Below are positions 11,687 through 25,102 of a stretch of DNA of 43,325 nucleotides, piece by piece. The notes beneath the pieces are model-generated. The model was not told the DNA's origin, did no database searches, and saw only the letters and a list, made by a program, of their open reading frames with translations. The DNA is from Octopus bimaculoides. Taxonomy: Eukaryota. The DNA is taken from assembly GCF_001194135.2 (NCBI RefSeq), contig NC_068982.1:26331096-26374420 (forward strand), read 5' to 3'. Position 1 is the stretch's first letter. Each line of letters starts with the position of its first letter. The translations under genes were made by a program, and so were the position numbers.

Positions 11687-11816
11687 GTAGTAGTAGTAGT
11701 AGTAGTTGTAGTAGTAGTAGTAGTAGTAGTAGTAGTAATAGTAGTAGTAGTAGTAGTAGTAGCAGCAGCAGCAGCAGCATTAGCAGTTGTGGCAGTAGTG
11801 GTAGTATCAGCAGCAT

Positions 11817-11892
<76 letters not shown>
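11687..11892. repeat. (TAG)n microsatellite with a (CAG)n insert
   Basis: Seen directly. Confidence 0.95.
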
Positions 11893-11893
<1 letters not shown>

Positions 11894-12282
11894 TACCCCT
11901 AAAAACAATCGCAAAAATAGTAATCCCCGTTCATTGTGCAACAGCATATATCAGGTCAACTTCATGACAAGATCTAAAAGTAATGCTATTTTTATAGAAG
12001 GTGAGAGCTGTAACAATTCTTATTTGTTGCAAGCTGCAGAGTACACGAAATACGACTTGATATATGTGTGTTTGACTACAGAAAAAAACATAAACAAATG
12101 ATTTAATATGCATTTGTATGATATCAGGCATAATAACTTATAATGCATTCTACTACAAACGTCAGTAACTTTGATGATCACCTTAAAGTACACATTATCA
12201 GAAAATATTCTTTCTCTACTGGACATACAGACCTCAAAATACGAGAACAAATATATTTGTAAGTTACTAGCAACCCGCCCAG

Positions 12283-12316
<34 letters not shown>

Positions 12317-12920
12317 ATGTGTGTGGATGGGGAATGATCATAATGACAAGAGAGTTCCGTCAAGATGTAGCATGAACAGAAATCACACAGAGTGGTAGAG
12401 TCCTAGACCCGCAAAATCATGTGATTTTCCCAATCAAAACAGAAAGTTACCTGAGCACAACAAGCTGGGCCTAGTAGCCGTTGACAAGGTCAACTTCATG
12501 TATCATATAATTGATGTTTTGTAACTCTTTGAACCACAAATAGTCAAGAAGGTAGGCAAAGAAGAGAGGGAGAGAGAGAGAGGGGGAGAGAGAGGGAGAG
12601 AGAGAGAGAGAGAGAGATTCTCTTAAATACAACATAGCTCCTCTATAGAAAATGAAGGTGGAGATATTGCGAATTAGTGTGTAGTTATTTAGGACAATAT
12701 CAAAGGGTATCAAATGGTATATAAAAGAAATGGGAATAGAGTATCCTGTAGAGCTGTTACAAGATGTTTGCTTCTTTAGTACAGCCTGAATCATTAGGAA
12801 AGTATTAGATAATTGAAAAGAACAGATGGTATGGTACTTTAGGGTGCAGGTAACAAGCCCGCCACGCATCCAAGACACCAGGAGTTCCGATAAAACAAAG
12901 GTTAAGAGAAAAAGAAAAAA

Positions 12921-13148
12921 TAATAATAGTTTCAAAATTTGACAAACGGCCAGTATTCTCGGGGGAAGGGGTAAGTCGATTACATCGACCCCAGTGTTTA
13001 ACTAGTATTTTATTTTATAGACCCCGAAATGATAAAAGGCAAAGTCGACTTCAGCGAAATTTGAACACAGAACGTAAAAACGCAAAGATGGACGAAGTGC
13101 TGCTAAGCATTTTCTCTTGCGTCCTAACGATTCTGCCAGCTCGCCGCC
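12921..13148 (-). mobile_element. Full-length tRNA-derived SINE family A (Meta-domain-like)
   Basis: tRNA-like head ggcggcgagctggcagaatcgttagg...gttcaaatt. The central gtcgactttgccttttatcatttcggggtctataaaataa resembles the Sauria/Meta domain (from recall). Ends in an (ATT) tail. Confidence 0.85.
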
Positions 13149-13151
13149 TAG

Positions 13152-13290
<139 letters not shown>

Positions 13291-13292
13291 AG

Positions 13293-13436
13293 CCTATGAA
13301 AAATATTGTCTATGTAATCCCCAAAACACTTACGAAAAATATTGACTATGTAATCCGAAAAACACCTACGAAAAATATTGTCTATGTAATCCCAAAAACA
13401 CCTACGAAAAATATTGTCTATGTAATCCCCAAAACA
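13293..13436. repeat. 36-bp minisatellite, 4 units
   Basis: Unit cctacgaaaaatattgtctatgtaatccc(c/a)aaaaca, head-to-tail with no spacers. Confidence 0.95.
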
Positions 13437-13910
13437 TTTTAATCTGTAAACATTGTCAAAAGTACTTTTAAATGTACATAATAGCAAACACCTTTTACTG
13501 TCATCTTAACATCACACTATTATCTTATAATCAAATTATTTCTGAAACAAACTTCTAATTTTTTCATATTCCGACAGGCATTGTCTAGAACAGTGCTCTG
13601 AGCAAAACCAAAAATATGGCACCCTACTCATAACACTAACTTCAGGCGCGTGTGCACGATGTCGAGAGAATGCCTGTTACAAATGATATTTTTTGACACA
13701 AGGCACTTCTTAGACAACCGCCTGACGCTGAACAAAAATAAATGACCTGCGACCAGGCTCAATCAAAGGAGAGCGGGTTATTAGCTGCAATTGCATACTT
13801 GAAGTCAGTGTTGGCAGAAATTAAATCAGCTTGCAAATACAAGTTCACTCTACTAAATTTATGCTCGGGCTAAGCCTGAACAGTCCGAGTGCCGGGGTTG
13901 CCACTGATAT

Positions 13911-14015
13911 GTATATATGTGTGTGTGTGTGTGTATACTTATATGTATGTATGAATTGAAATATGTATATATATATATATATACATATATTTATATATGT
14001 TTGTATGTATATATG

Positions 14016-14068
<53 letters not shown>
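13911..14068. repeat. TA/GT microsatellite field
   Basis: Seen directly. Confidence 0.9.
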
Positions 14069-14070
<2 letters not shown>

Positions 14071-14126
14071 TTATGTGGATTGTCTCCTCTCGTTTTTCCT
14101 CTCCCTTTTTATCGTTTCTCTTTTTA

Positions 14127-14536
14127 TTTACTCTTTACTCTTTTACTCTTTTACTTATTTCAGTCATTTGACTGCGGCCATGCTGGAGCACCGCCTTTTG
14201 TCGAATCAAATCGACCCAAGGACTTATTCTTTGTAAGCCTAGTACTTATTCTATCGGTCTTTTTGCCGAACCGCTAAGTTACGGGGACGTAAACACACCA
14301 GCATCGGTTGTCAAGCGATGGTGGGGGGGGACAAACACAGACACACAAACATATATATATATATATATATACATATATATACGACGGGCTTCTTTCAGTT
14401 TCCGTCTACCAAATCCACTCACAATGCTTTGGTCGGCCCGAGGATATAGTAGAAGACACTTGCCCAAGGTGCCACGCAGTGGGAATGAACCCGGAACCAT
14501 GTGGTTGGTAAGCAAGCTACTTACCTCACAGCCACT
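14127..14536 (-). mobile_element. Full-length tRNA-derived SINE family B (CORE-like, possibly octopus OR2)
   Basis: Head agtggctgtgaggtaag...ggttccgggttcattccc, CORE-like ggcaccttgggcaagtgtctt, internal (TA)n, and tail ggcggtgctccagcatggccgcagtc...(gtaaaaga)n. The family name is not verified. Confidence 0.85.
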
Positions 14537-15085
14537 ATTTATTTTTTTTGTTTGCATTTTCTTTGCCCCTCTTTCTCAATGCACACCATTAGCTATGATG
14601 AAAGCGAGGAAAACACAAACAAACAAGCACATAAGTAAAAAGATATATCAAGTTGCTCTGTCAATACACATCAAGTTCATGGTTTCACAAACCGAGATGC
14701 AAATTTACTGAATTTGCAGATTTTCTTCAATTCTTGTCAAACTTCGTTGAACATTGTCCGCTTTAGTCTTAAGATGAAACAGTTTATAGAAATATGTTAA
14801 ATGTAAATCTAGGTCACATAAAGTTGTGTTAATTTGCGTATTGGTGTTAGTTTCAGAACTATCAAGAAATTAGCAACATAACATTAAAATTCATTATACC
14901 GAATCACATTTGGTGTACAGCTGCAAGTTGTTTAACTGTAACAAATGTTAATGAACTCTGATAAGAACTTCAAAACATTGAAAAACTGCATTTAGGTTCA
15001 ATGCTCGTGTCATTCTGCCGAGAAATTGGGTTATATATTCTCTGAATTTCATTTCATAGCAAAGGCTCTTCCTCTCTTTCTCCTC

Positions 15086-15455
<370 letters not shown>

Positions 15456-15960
15456 AATGACATTGGAAAATTTCCCAAGGCTGCTCTCTGAATGAAGAAC
15501 ACATAATTAAATGTAGGCTACCACATTTAATGTGGTGAACTGGAAATACATTTTATTTAATTAAAATTATAAATGTAATGCGAATACATTAGCATTTAAC
15601 AAAATAGAAATTTGCTCGAAAATGAGGCAAGAAAGAGATCTGAGGAAATTTTTATTCACGAAATATTAAATTGATATTCGAAGCAGCAAAGCTAGTCTTT
15701 AGAAGTTATGATTATATGATTGACCATGTGTAATAAAACAGTAATCCGTCGCAATATTTACTAAAATTTAGGCTCACTTGATTCTGCATATCTTCATATT
15801 AAGTTAGTGAGCTTGAACTTTCAGGTCTTCTTTTTGTCACCCTTTTTTGAGAGAAAGTTTCATCGATTCTAATGATGTTAATTCTATTTTCGATTAGAAT
15901 TTTAATAGATTAAAACAATATGTTTGGTTAAATTTTAAGCACGTAAAAATAGACATAGAG

Positions 15961-16110
15961 GCATAGGCGTGTCTGTGTGCTAGGAAGTTCTTGGTTTCAG
16001 TCCCACTGCGCAGCACTTTGGACAAGTGTCTTCGATTACAACTCTAGGCTGGCCAAAGAATTATAACTGGATTTTGTAGATAAATGAATTTGGTAGACGT
16101 CAGCCGAAGA
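15961..16110 (+). mobile_element. SINE family B, decayed 5' half
   Basis: ttcagtcccactgcgcagcactttggacaagtgtctt...gaatttggtagacg matches the 14127-14536 copy. Confidence 0.75.
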
Positions 16111-16209
16111 GGATAAATCTTTGCCTTCACCTAATGAAACAAAAATCAGACTATACATATTTCTAACAGAAGGATTTATGAAGTGCCTTTCTATTTTTAA
16201 ACGCAAAAT

Positions 16210-16253
<44 letters not shown>

Positions 16254-16522
16254 NNNNNNNNNNNNNNNNNNNNNNNNNNNNNNNNNNNNNNNNNNNNNNN
16301 NNNNNNNNNNNNNNNNNNNNNNNNNNNNNNNNNNNNNNNNNNNNNNNNNNNNNNNNNNNNNNNNNNNNNNNNNNNNNNNNNNNNNNNNNNNNNNNNNNNN
16401 NNNNNNNNNNNNNNNNNNNNNNNNNNNNNNNNNNNNNNNNNNNNNNNNNNNNNNNNNNNNNNNNNNNNNNNNNNNNNNNNNNNNNNNNNNNNNNNNNNNN
16501 NNNNNNNNNNNNNNNNNNNNNN
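16254..16522. other. Assembly gap
   Basis: N run between (CT)n and (GT)n. Confidence 0.99.
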
Positions 16523-16588
<66 letters not shown>

Positions 16589-17482
16589 CATTAAAAAAAC
16601 ATACATAAATGCATACATACTCATAAACATGCATATATGCAAACATACATACTTGTATACATCCCTCCATTACCAAAATCCATGAAACATACATACATAC
16701 ATACATGCATACATACATACATACATGCATACATACATACATAACGCTACTTTTCCCAATGATTTCTATTTATATTTGTCGTGTCATGTCGTAGATATAA
16801 CGGTTAGCGAGTTGGTCAATAATAAGACCGATGTGTAAGTAGGTATTTCAGGGGAAGATATAAATATTTAACAGAACTGAAATATGATACACTCTCAGTA
16901 CGATCCAGAGCGCTATCTCCGTCGTCAGATTATTCTTTATTTTGTGAAACATTTATGAAATATCTGTGTTATCCCAAAATAATAACCACTACAAAAATAT
17001 CTTAACTCGTGAAGCAGATAGAAGAAAGTAGAAGAAACACACAATAATAATTTTGAATGGATACACACGTACATGTAAATACGTACTTAGATATATGAAC
17101 TAATACATACATAAATATAGAAAAGCACTCTCATCTACACATATATGCATGAATACGTGCACTCATAAGTTAATAGATAAAATTTTATCGACATACGTTG
17201 ATGCTTAAGTAGCTTTCAAGATACTACTACAATGAAAACATGAACGAAAAGTAACTAAATAATTGACTCAATATAAATGCGTTTAATGAATAGACCATAG
17301 TTAAGCTCCAGGTTCGGTGATTATGCGAATAAGGGGTCCAACGTAGGTCATATATAAGCGTGTGAATATAAGGTTTTACCTTTCGTAATGAGATATAAAA
17401 AAAAATAAGTGTTCTAAAATATACACAGCCTTGGGATTTTTTTTATCATTACGAAAAGTAAATCCTTATATATATACATATA

Positions 17483-17679
17483 NNNNNNNNNNNNNNNNNN
17501 NNNNNNNNNNNNNNNNNNNNNNNNNNNNNNNNNNNNNNNNNNNNNNNNNNNNNNNNNNNNNNNNNNNNNNNNNNNNNNNNNNNNNNNNNNNNNNNNNNNN
17601 NNNNNNNNNNNNNNNNNNNNNNNNNNNNNNNNNNNNNNNNNNNNNNNNNNNNNNNNNNNNNNNNNNNNNNNNNNNNNNN
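17483..17679. other. Assembly gap
   Basis: N run between (TA)n tracts. Confidence 0.99.
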
Positions 17680-18350
17680 ATATATATATATATATATAGA
17701 TATATATATATATCCGTTGTCCGAAATGTATAGTATTAAATATCCATCACGACTGGTCTTGCCAATCGATTTCACGTAAAGAATACAATGGAACGTTAAC
17801 AAACCGATAATATAACTTTACGCTCATCAGAGTTAGCCGATATGCCAAAGAATATGGTGACTGCTCTCCATTGTCGGAGGTGGATTAGCACAACCGGTCA
17901 GCGGCTGCTGTGAAAAGGTGCTGGAATGAAAAAGGGGACAGGAGATTTGTTTAGGAGTGGTGTCCCTTGACTGGGTATGCTGTGAAGCCGGAAAGAGTTA
18001 TCTTGAAGTTGGGAAAGTGTGTATTATTAATGTAGTGCTCCTGTGGTATGTGCAGCGGTGTCATACGTATAATTTTTTCTGGGGGTGTAGGTGTATATAG
18101 CTGTGTTCGTTGGTCTGTTTTCATTCTGTAAAGGGTAAAGTCGTAGGGGAGGAGATTATGCTAGCGTGCGGTATGTAATGTGTGTGGGGTCTGTGTATAT
18201 GTAGTGGTACGTGTTGTGTGAAGGAGTATGTGTAGAGGGAGAAACAGTTTATTTTCTGGGGTGTGCGCCATATGGGGGTGCGTGCATATTCGCCTTATAG
18301 GTGTGCGTTCGTGTGTGTACATGGGTGCCTTGCTGCGTTCTTTGGTCAAA

Positions 18351-18510
18351 CTCATTTTGACTGTGGCCATGCTAGAGCACCGCCTTTTAGTGGAACAAAT
18401 CGACTCCTGAACTTATTCTATCGCTTTCTTTTGCCGACCCTCTAGATTACGGGGACGTAAACACACCAACATCGGGTATCAAGCGATGGTGGGGGACGAA
18501 CACACAAATA
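18351..18510 (-). mobile_element. SINE family B, 3' half
   Basis: gactgtggccatgctagagcaccgcc...ttacggggacgtaaacacacc...aagcgatggtggggg is colinear with 14160-14335. Confidence 0.85.
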
Positions 18511-18573
18511 TATGTATACAAACATACATATATATATAAATATGTACACACACACACAGGCACACACTCACAT

Positions 18574-18618
<45 letters not shown>

Positions 18619-18622
<4 letters not shown>

Positions 18623-19597
18623 GTCTTGCAGATAAATTGAGACCAATTTTAAGCAGCTGCCTTAGTGGGTTTAATATTTCATTTTTTGACAAAACCTTGC
18701 TTGCTTGAAAATCTAATCCTCCTCTTTACTTTTCAAGAAAAAAAAAGAAATACTGATTCGACAATAGAAAGTCATGGAAGAACAGAATCGTTTCGCCATT
18801 GTTGTTTTGGTGTGTACCGGGCACACTGCCAATAAAATTGTTAAGTTGATGAAACTTCGAAAAGCAGCACTTTATCGTGAGTATAAACAATTTAAAGATA
18901 TGGGAAAGATTGATAGAAAAGAACAGAAGACTTGAAATGATTTCAAGAGCAATTCAAATTTTCTCGCTGGCCTCAAACGCTCAATTGAAGCCAACCCATT
19001 CACATCCATGACAGCTCTTGCAAAGAAACGCATCGTATCCTTTTGCAGGGTGTCCAGAATTGTAAAGAGGAACCTTGGCATGACCAGCTATGTTCGACGA
19101 AGCCGTCACCTTCTAACAGCCAAAGCCAAGGCAATCAGAGCCGGGAGAAGCCCAAAGCTTCTGTACTTCATTAAGCATCAAGGTGCAAGAAAACCTCTCC
19201 TGTTTGTGGACGAGAAAAAGTTCACTGTAGACACTGAGGGGAATCACGGAAATTGTCGAATGATTGCATACCATTCTTCATACGTGTTCCTTGTGCTTGA
19301 GAATAAGAATCCTGCCTCTGTGATGGGATTTGGAGCTGTGGCGAGTAATGGAAATGACATGGATCCACACTTCGTTCAGTCTGTCTTGAAGATCGGCACA
19401 AAGCAGTATCTGGACAGCCTGTAAAATTCTTTGTTAAGTTGGTTAGAGCAGAAGATTTGGCTTGACAATGTGGTGTTTATCCAGGATTCTGCACCATGCC
19501 ATGAGTCAAAAGCAACATCGAGGTCTTCCTTGGTGAGAAGTTGTCACATTCTTTTTTTTTTTTTTGTATACTGAGTGCTTTCCATCCAGGTCTTCTC
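18619..19597 (+). mobile_element. Tc1/mariner-superfamily transposon (maT/DD37D-like), 3'-truncated
   Basis: ATG at 18774 (MEEQNRFAIVVL), LFVDEKKFTVD, SVMGFGAVASNG and VVFIQDSAPCH. Starts CAG after (TA)n; no right TIR found. The subfamily is inferred because the third D is lost. Confidence 0.85.
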
Positions 19598-19599
19598 TG

Positions 19600-20005
19600 A
19601 GGTAAGAGAACCCAGCTGTTTTAGGGCTGTGTAGAAGATCATCAGGAAGAGAGTGTTTCTTAAGGAGTTCATTGCCAACTCGTACAATGTTGCTCACTTC
19701 ACTTTTCATGACTACACTAATATATTTATTTTTGCTGCTGTTGTTTAGCAAGTGCTACCTGAGTGATATCACTCGGTCGTCCACACTGATCTCAGGTCCC
19801 TATCACCTTCATTTCTTCTTAGGTAGAACCTGCCAACATCGCTCTTTCTGTGGAAGTTCACAGTGGTTGTCAGGATTTTTCGGGTTTTCATGGACTGGAT
19901 TTTCTCTCTCTATAGACCAATCAAGTATCTCAAATGCTGGGATCAGCACTGGTACTGCAAATGCATTGTGGGATATTGTTTTGTTGTAAGGAGAGAGTTC
20001 CGTAT
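19600..20005 (-). mobile_element. R4/Dong-like LINE fragment (post-RT thumb region)
   Basis: TELSPYNKTISHNAFAVPVLIPAFEILDW and RNEGDRDLRS (like R.EGGRGL). Confidence 0.7.
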
Positions 20006-20022
20006 ACAAACATACGTACAAA

Positions 20023-20042
20023 CATGTATGTATGTATGTATG

Positions 20043-20121
<79 letters not shown>
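20023..20121. repeat. (TATG)n(TA)n microsatellite
   Basis: Seen directly. Confidence 0.95.
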
Positions 20122-20124
<3 letters not shown>

Positions 20125-20879
20125 CTCGCTATGGAATCAGCGTGATTGTACATGTCTAATAAAACAAATGCTTTCTCCAGTTATTCGTGAAATCTCCCGA
20201 CTTAAAAACGGGCAAGTAGTCACTAACCGAGAAAAGAATGTAGTAAATCGGCACTGGAACTAAACATCTGGCTAGTTAAGTAAAAACAAAATAAAGGAAG
20301 GCTGAAAGCATAATTTTCATCTTCGACATAATCCAAGGAAATCATTCACATCCAACTGGATGACATAAACAGAGAAATAACCTATGAATGTGAAGGACGA
20401 TGAATGCATATAATAGAAGAGGCTCAAAACGAAAATTTCGCGAATATTTTATTTGCAACCCTTTAGGTTCACCAAACGTGACTAAAATAACTCGGGTGTT
20501 TGAATCTTAATTAATGTAGTGAGTGTAAATTATTTGCAAACCGTGTGCTCGTAGGAGATGCAAGGCGACATCTTGGATCTTCCATATATACGTGTAATCA
20601 AATGTAATATTCAAATTGATCTTTTGGATCTCACAGACAAAGAAATCAAAGTCCTTGTAAAGGACATTGAATGTAAAGGTTTTCCTGACAATATCTCACG
20701 CAAAGTATAAACTGACTACCCTGGTGTTTCAATTTTAGACCAGTGTTTGGCACAAGGCCAGGAAATGTCTAAGGATGAGTGAGCATCACCGAGAGACCAG
20801 TCTAAATATCAAATTCTGTCTACAGTATTAATGATCAGTCTGTTAAGGGCAAAACGAACTAGTATTTTACTGGCATTAC

Positions 20880-21300
20880 CTGTTGTTCCTTATTAGCGAG
20901 AAGAGTTATAATATAATTTCTAATAAGAATTTTTTGCATTTCAGGGATTAAGTCGCCTTGATCAAGAAACTTTCCATCTGGCATTTGTTTGATCGCAGTC
21001 CGAACTGTATTAAGCTTAAGTTTGTTATTCAGATGTACGTTTATGAAAGTAATGAAATAATTCCTGCCATTTAATGAGGTTGTACAAAAAACAGTCTGAA
21101 AGTACATCGTTCATTTTTGTACGAGTTTATTTCCTTCAATGAACAATTTTATCCAATCAACAATCAAGACAGAAGACATCCACAAGTCAATAATCCATAA
21201 ACCATTTTCAGACCGTCACAGAATCATCACGGTCTTTCCTGTCTGCTATAGTTCGAATCTTAGTTGCTATCTGGACCCACCTTATCTCTTTCGTGTCTAA
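20880..21300 (-). mobile_element. Old RTE-clade LINE fragment (pre-RT region)
   Basis: FCDGLKMVYG (like FY.ALK.VYGP) and VRTAIKQMPDGKFLDQGDLIPEMQK (like V..AIKQ...GK..G.D.IP.E..K). Confidence 0.5.
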
Positions 21301-24300
21301 AACTTTCCTACTAGCTTACCATTTTAACATGCACCTTTTCATTTTGCATTTTCTCTTGTGCACATTATGTCATCTATCCAAAAGTAATTTAATTTCAAGT
21401 TTACTCTCGTCGAAATGAACCCGATGTGTACGCTGAAGTAATTCACATATCACAAAGGAACAGAATATTTTGCTTTCCTCTTGCATTCATAAAATAGCTC
21501 AAAATTTCCTGTGATATTTATTTTTTAGATAGTGTAGCTTCTAATTTAATTGAGAGTTAAGTTTTGTTATTGTAAACATTGAACGACTTGACATTCATGC
21601 CTTGGAGCCCTGATAATATCATGAAGTTTACCTAACATTACAAAACTACTTAGTCACGCAACGAGGAGTGGCTCGACTGCCAACAGCTGGTATGGAATGA
21701 ACAAGTAACAAGGACATCCTTTCCACCACGTTTACTGGTGATTATATATTACATTAAAGACCAGTCCTTGAAATGAAGATGCATCAAAATCATTTTATGA
21801 TTCATTTGGTTGCTGAAAACATGTGTTTGTGACAGGATAAATTCAGTGGACAATAGATAAAGTCCATTGCTATTTATTCCGCTTAAACGCTAATACTTAC
21901 CTGAAAATCACACCAGACTAAGTATCATGAAAGTATCAAGTCAAATCTTGCTCAAATAATACCCTCTCCCTCTCACGAAAGAGAAAGGGACATTAAATCA
22001 TGGATTCTAAATAACTCGATGGGATTGTATGAGTTAGAATACTTTCGATAAATTGATCTGAGGTCTGCATCATCAGAGTCAATTGAGGATTAATAATAAT
22101 AACAATGAAAGTTCTCAGTTGAAGTATGATAAGGCAACAATTGACAAGATTCGAAATGAAGATCTATTAACTTGGATGGTGGCACATTATCAAATGTTTC
22201 ACTTTCTACAGTACACCGTTCGAGTGTTTAGGTACTTTTTGTTTGTGTGCGTGCGTGCGTGATGCGTGCGTGCGTGCCTGTATGCGTGTGTCGGGGTGGG
22301 GGTTAATTTTACAACTTTCACTTTCATAACACAACTGAAAAATCTCAGTTCTGGCGTACCATTGGTGCATTTGAAAGTGGTATCAATTCGTAACTAAACT
22401 ATAAGATAATCCTCAAGTATATAGTAACGCCTGACTTGCAAAATGCTTCAGTGCTGATGTCTAAAGTCATATACCATTGGTAGAATTATCAACTAATAAG
22501 TGTACTAGAATGTCGAAGTGAAAATTTTCCCATATAGTTGAAGATATATGGAATTCACCAGAGTGACTTGCACTAATTAGACTAAATGAAGAAAAATTCA
22601 TCAACTTCCCTTCATATGATACGGAATATTAAATCATATTTAGTGAAATCATTTTATGAGAAAAACCTGCAAGTGTCTCGCAATCGTTTAGAAAACTGAA
22701 TATTGAATTAGTTTCTGCAGAGTAAGAAAGCTGGTAAACATTACACTTAATATATCACATAATAAAAGGGAAATATTCTATAACCATTTTTTAAAATCTT
22801 GTACTGGACGAAATAAATCGTGCATGTTCCTCCTAAAGTTCAACGCATTAAACGTTTAGCCCCTTATCAGTAACTGCCGACCTACAAGTAAACCTTTACC
22901 GTTCACCTATATAGTCTATGTCGAGTAAAAGAAAGATGTGGGGTTGCAAGCTATATTTACTTAGACGCCGAAACGAATTAAGGCAAATAAGCCGGAGCGG
23001 AAGCGTCTATGCTCGACACATTTGTCAAATTTAAGGGATGAATAAGGCAAGTGCCGTTCATTTCTTTCTTTTTTTTTTTTGTTTTTGATATATTTTGGAA
23101 TTTAAAGGAAAATCGTAATAAATATTTAAAAAGTTGTATTTCTTTACTGGAGAAAATGGTTTAACAGTTATTTTAAAAATAATAAACAAATATAATTCTT
23201 CTGGACAAGACTAGTGTAAAACAATTCAAAGAATTATATTGCTATCATTTAAATAAGTTTTCTACTTCACCCATTCTTATCATCAATCAACGACTATACG
23301 ATGGTACTGGGTTGTACAGGTTTTATAGATTTCGTTAAAGTTTACTACCGCTGTATTTTATTTCTTATTAGTAGTCAGTTTCTAGATGTCAAAGTAGTGA
23401 AGATATTGACAACATTCAGGAAACATCTCGTTGTATCAATATATTTACAATTCCTGCAACTCACGCTTTTCCAGTATTCTCATCCTCTATTTTATTAGTT
23501 GAATCGACATACTCGGTCATTTTCTGCAGGAAATGGCATTTTCCCAAATAAGTGAGAATATGCTTTTTTATTTCGCTTAAACTGCTATTGACCTTGTGAA
23601 AGAAAGAAAGAACATTATAAAAGCCAAATTCTTTTATGTCCAACGAGTGATGTCATCTTTCCAAATGAATATGAAATGTTTATTCAGTATCATAGTTTAC
23701 ACTAGAATGTTATCAATAATTAGTTTATTTTATCTAAGCAAAATAGCAAGAGATTATTTTTGCTACTTTCTGGAAAATAGTTTTCAATGAGCTATGCAGA
23801 CTTAAAAGGGAAAGCGGTCTCATGATATTTCTTCAGTTTATTGAAGAAAATTAGAAAATACACACCAATTCTTTCGACTATACCAGAATGGTATAGCCAT
23901 GGAATTTATATGGCCGAATAGACCATATGTAGTTCTTGGTGCATCGTGAATTTTATTATTTTAAAGTTTGATTCGTATTGTTCTACTTGTGATTTTGTTT
24001 CGCATTGTGTCTATTTGCGCAGAAATTTTAATTTGAGAAACAGTAATTCAAAAGAGTATAAGTATTTGCAACGCTTTCATTCTTACGAATTATCATGTTT
24101 GGAAAAATTGAAGAAAAATATATAGAGCGGTCACGATCGGAAAGTCTCATTAATTGATAAATTGTAATTCATTGCAAAATTAATACTGAAGTCTTTTCTC
24201 ACACCGAAATTTTTGATATCCCGACACTTTATTTAGAATGAAATTTTGCATGTATATATTCCTGGCTAGGATTTTAATAAACCCTGCATCCAACTTATTT

Positions 24301-25102
24301 GCAATAACTTACCTAAAGTTCAAAGAACCTGGATTATAATTAGAAGAATTAGGTTTTGTATGATTGTATGATTCGCAGAAATGATTTGATCTTAACTTCT
24401 GGCAGATTATCATTATTAATTGACTTCATACTGTTCCTACTGCAAAATATTATAGTCACTGTCTCTCGATCGGGAATGATCGTAAATTTCGACACCGCCT
24501 CAAATCACTATGATCCTAGAACTTTTTGTGATAATCGTACTTTGCAACATGATATTTTCTAGCAATGCCCGCAGCTTCTTAGTACATTGACATTTGAATG
24601 AGCTCTCTATATTAATAATATCTACAGGATTAATGACAATCCTGCAATGTGTAAAAGGAATAATAATTTAAGATTGTATTATGTCTCAGCACATGGAAGT
24701 AAACTAAAAAGAAAAAGAATGTTCTTACTCTGATGTTTCGTTGCTTTTCCTTCAGGAGTTTCTTCTAATAACAGTTGCATAGTTGACTCTTTCAAATTCA
24801 CACGAAGCCAGTTCTTCACGCAAAGGGCTCGTCAAAGTCTTCAGTAAAAACTTTTCTGAAACAACAAATCTACGATGGCACAACTTCAGGGAGTAGCAAA
24901 GCTGCCATGAATCCTTCACAAATAGCGATACACACTCATTAAAGAACTAGAAGTTATAAGTTAAAAACGCAAATGAATATTCATACATACTTTGAGAAAA
25001 AATTAACATGCTCAGTCTTGGCAAACGTAATATGATCGTTATACAGGTTGTTGATATGTTGTTTGCTTCCTGTAAATGGATTTTTAAAATGTGTGTGTGA
25101 AA

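Noticed and set aside
13293-13436. 36-bp repeats as a CRISPR array
   Set aside because: The units are contiguous with no unique spacers, there are no cas genes, and the context is eukaryotic.
17815-17840. CUGAUGA on the minus strand (also ctgatga/ctgacga at about 8515, 22070, 32392, 32905 and 41377) as further hammerheads
   Set aside because: None has a stem II followed by GAAA and a matching stem I; the 7-mer alone is expected by chance.
17840-18340. G/T-rich non-microsatellite block, possibly a retroelement remnant
   Set aside because: I could not recover any diagnostic protein motif in six frames by eye.
20560-20790. Short protein-like reading (IDLLDLTDKEIKVLVKDIECKGFPDNISRKV) as a pseudogene or exon
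   Set aside because: It has an in-frame stop and I recognise no family. It needs BLASTX.
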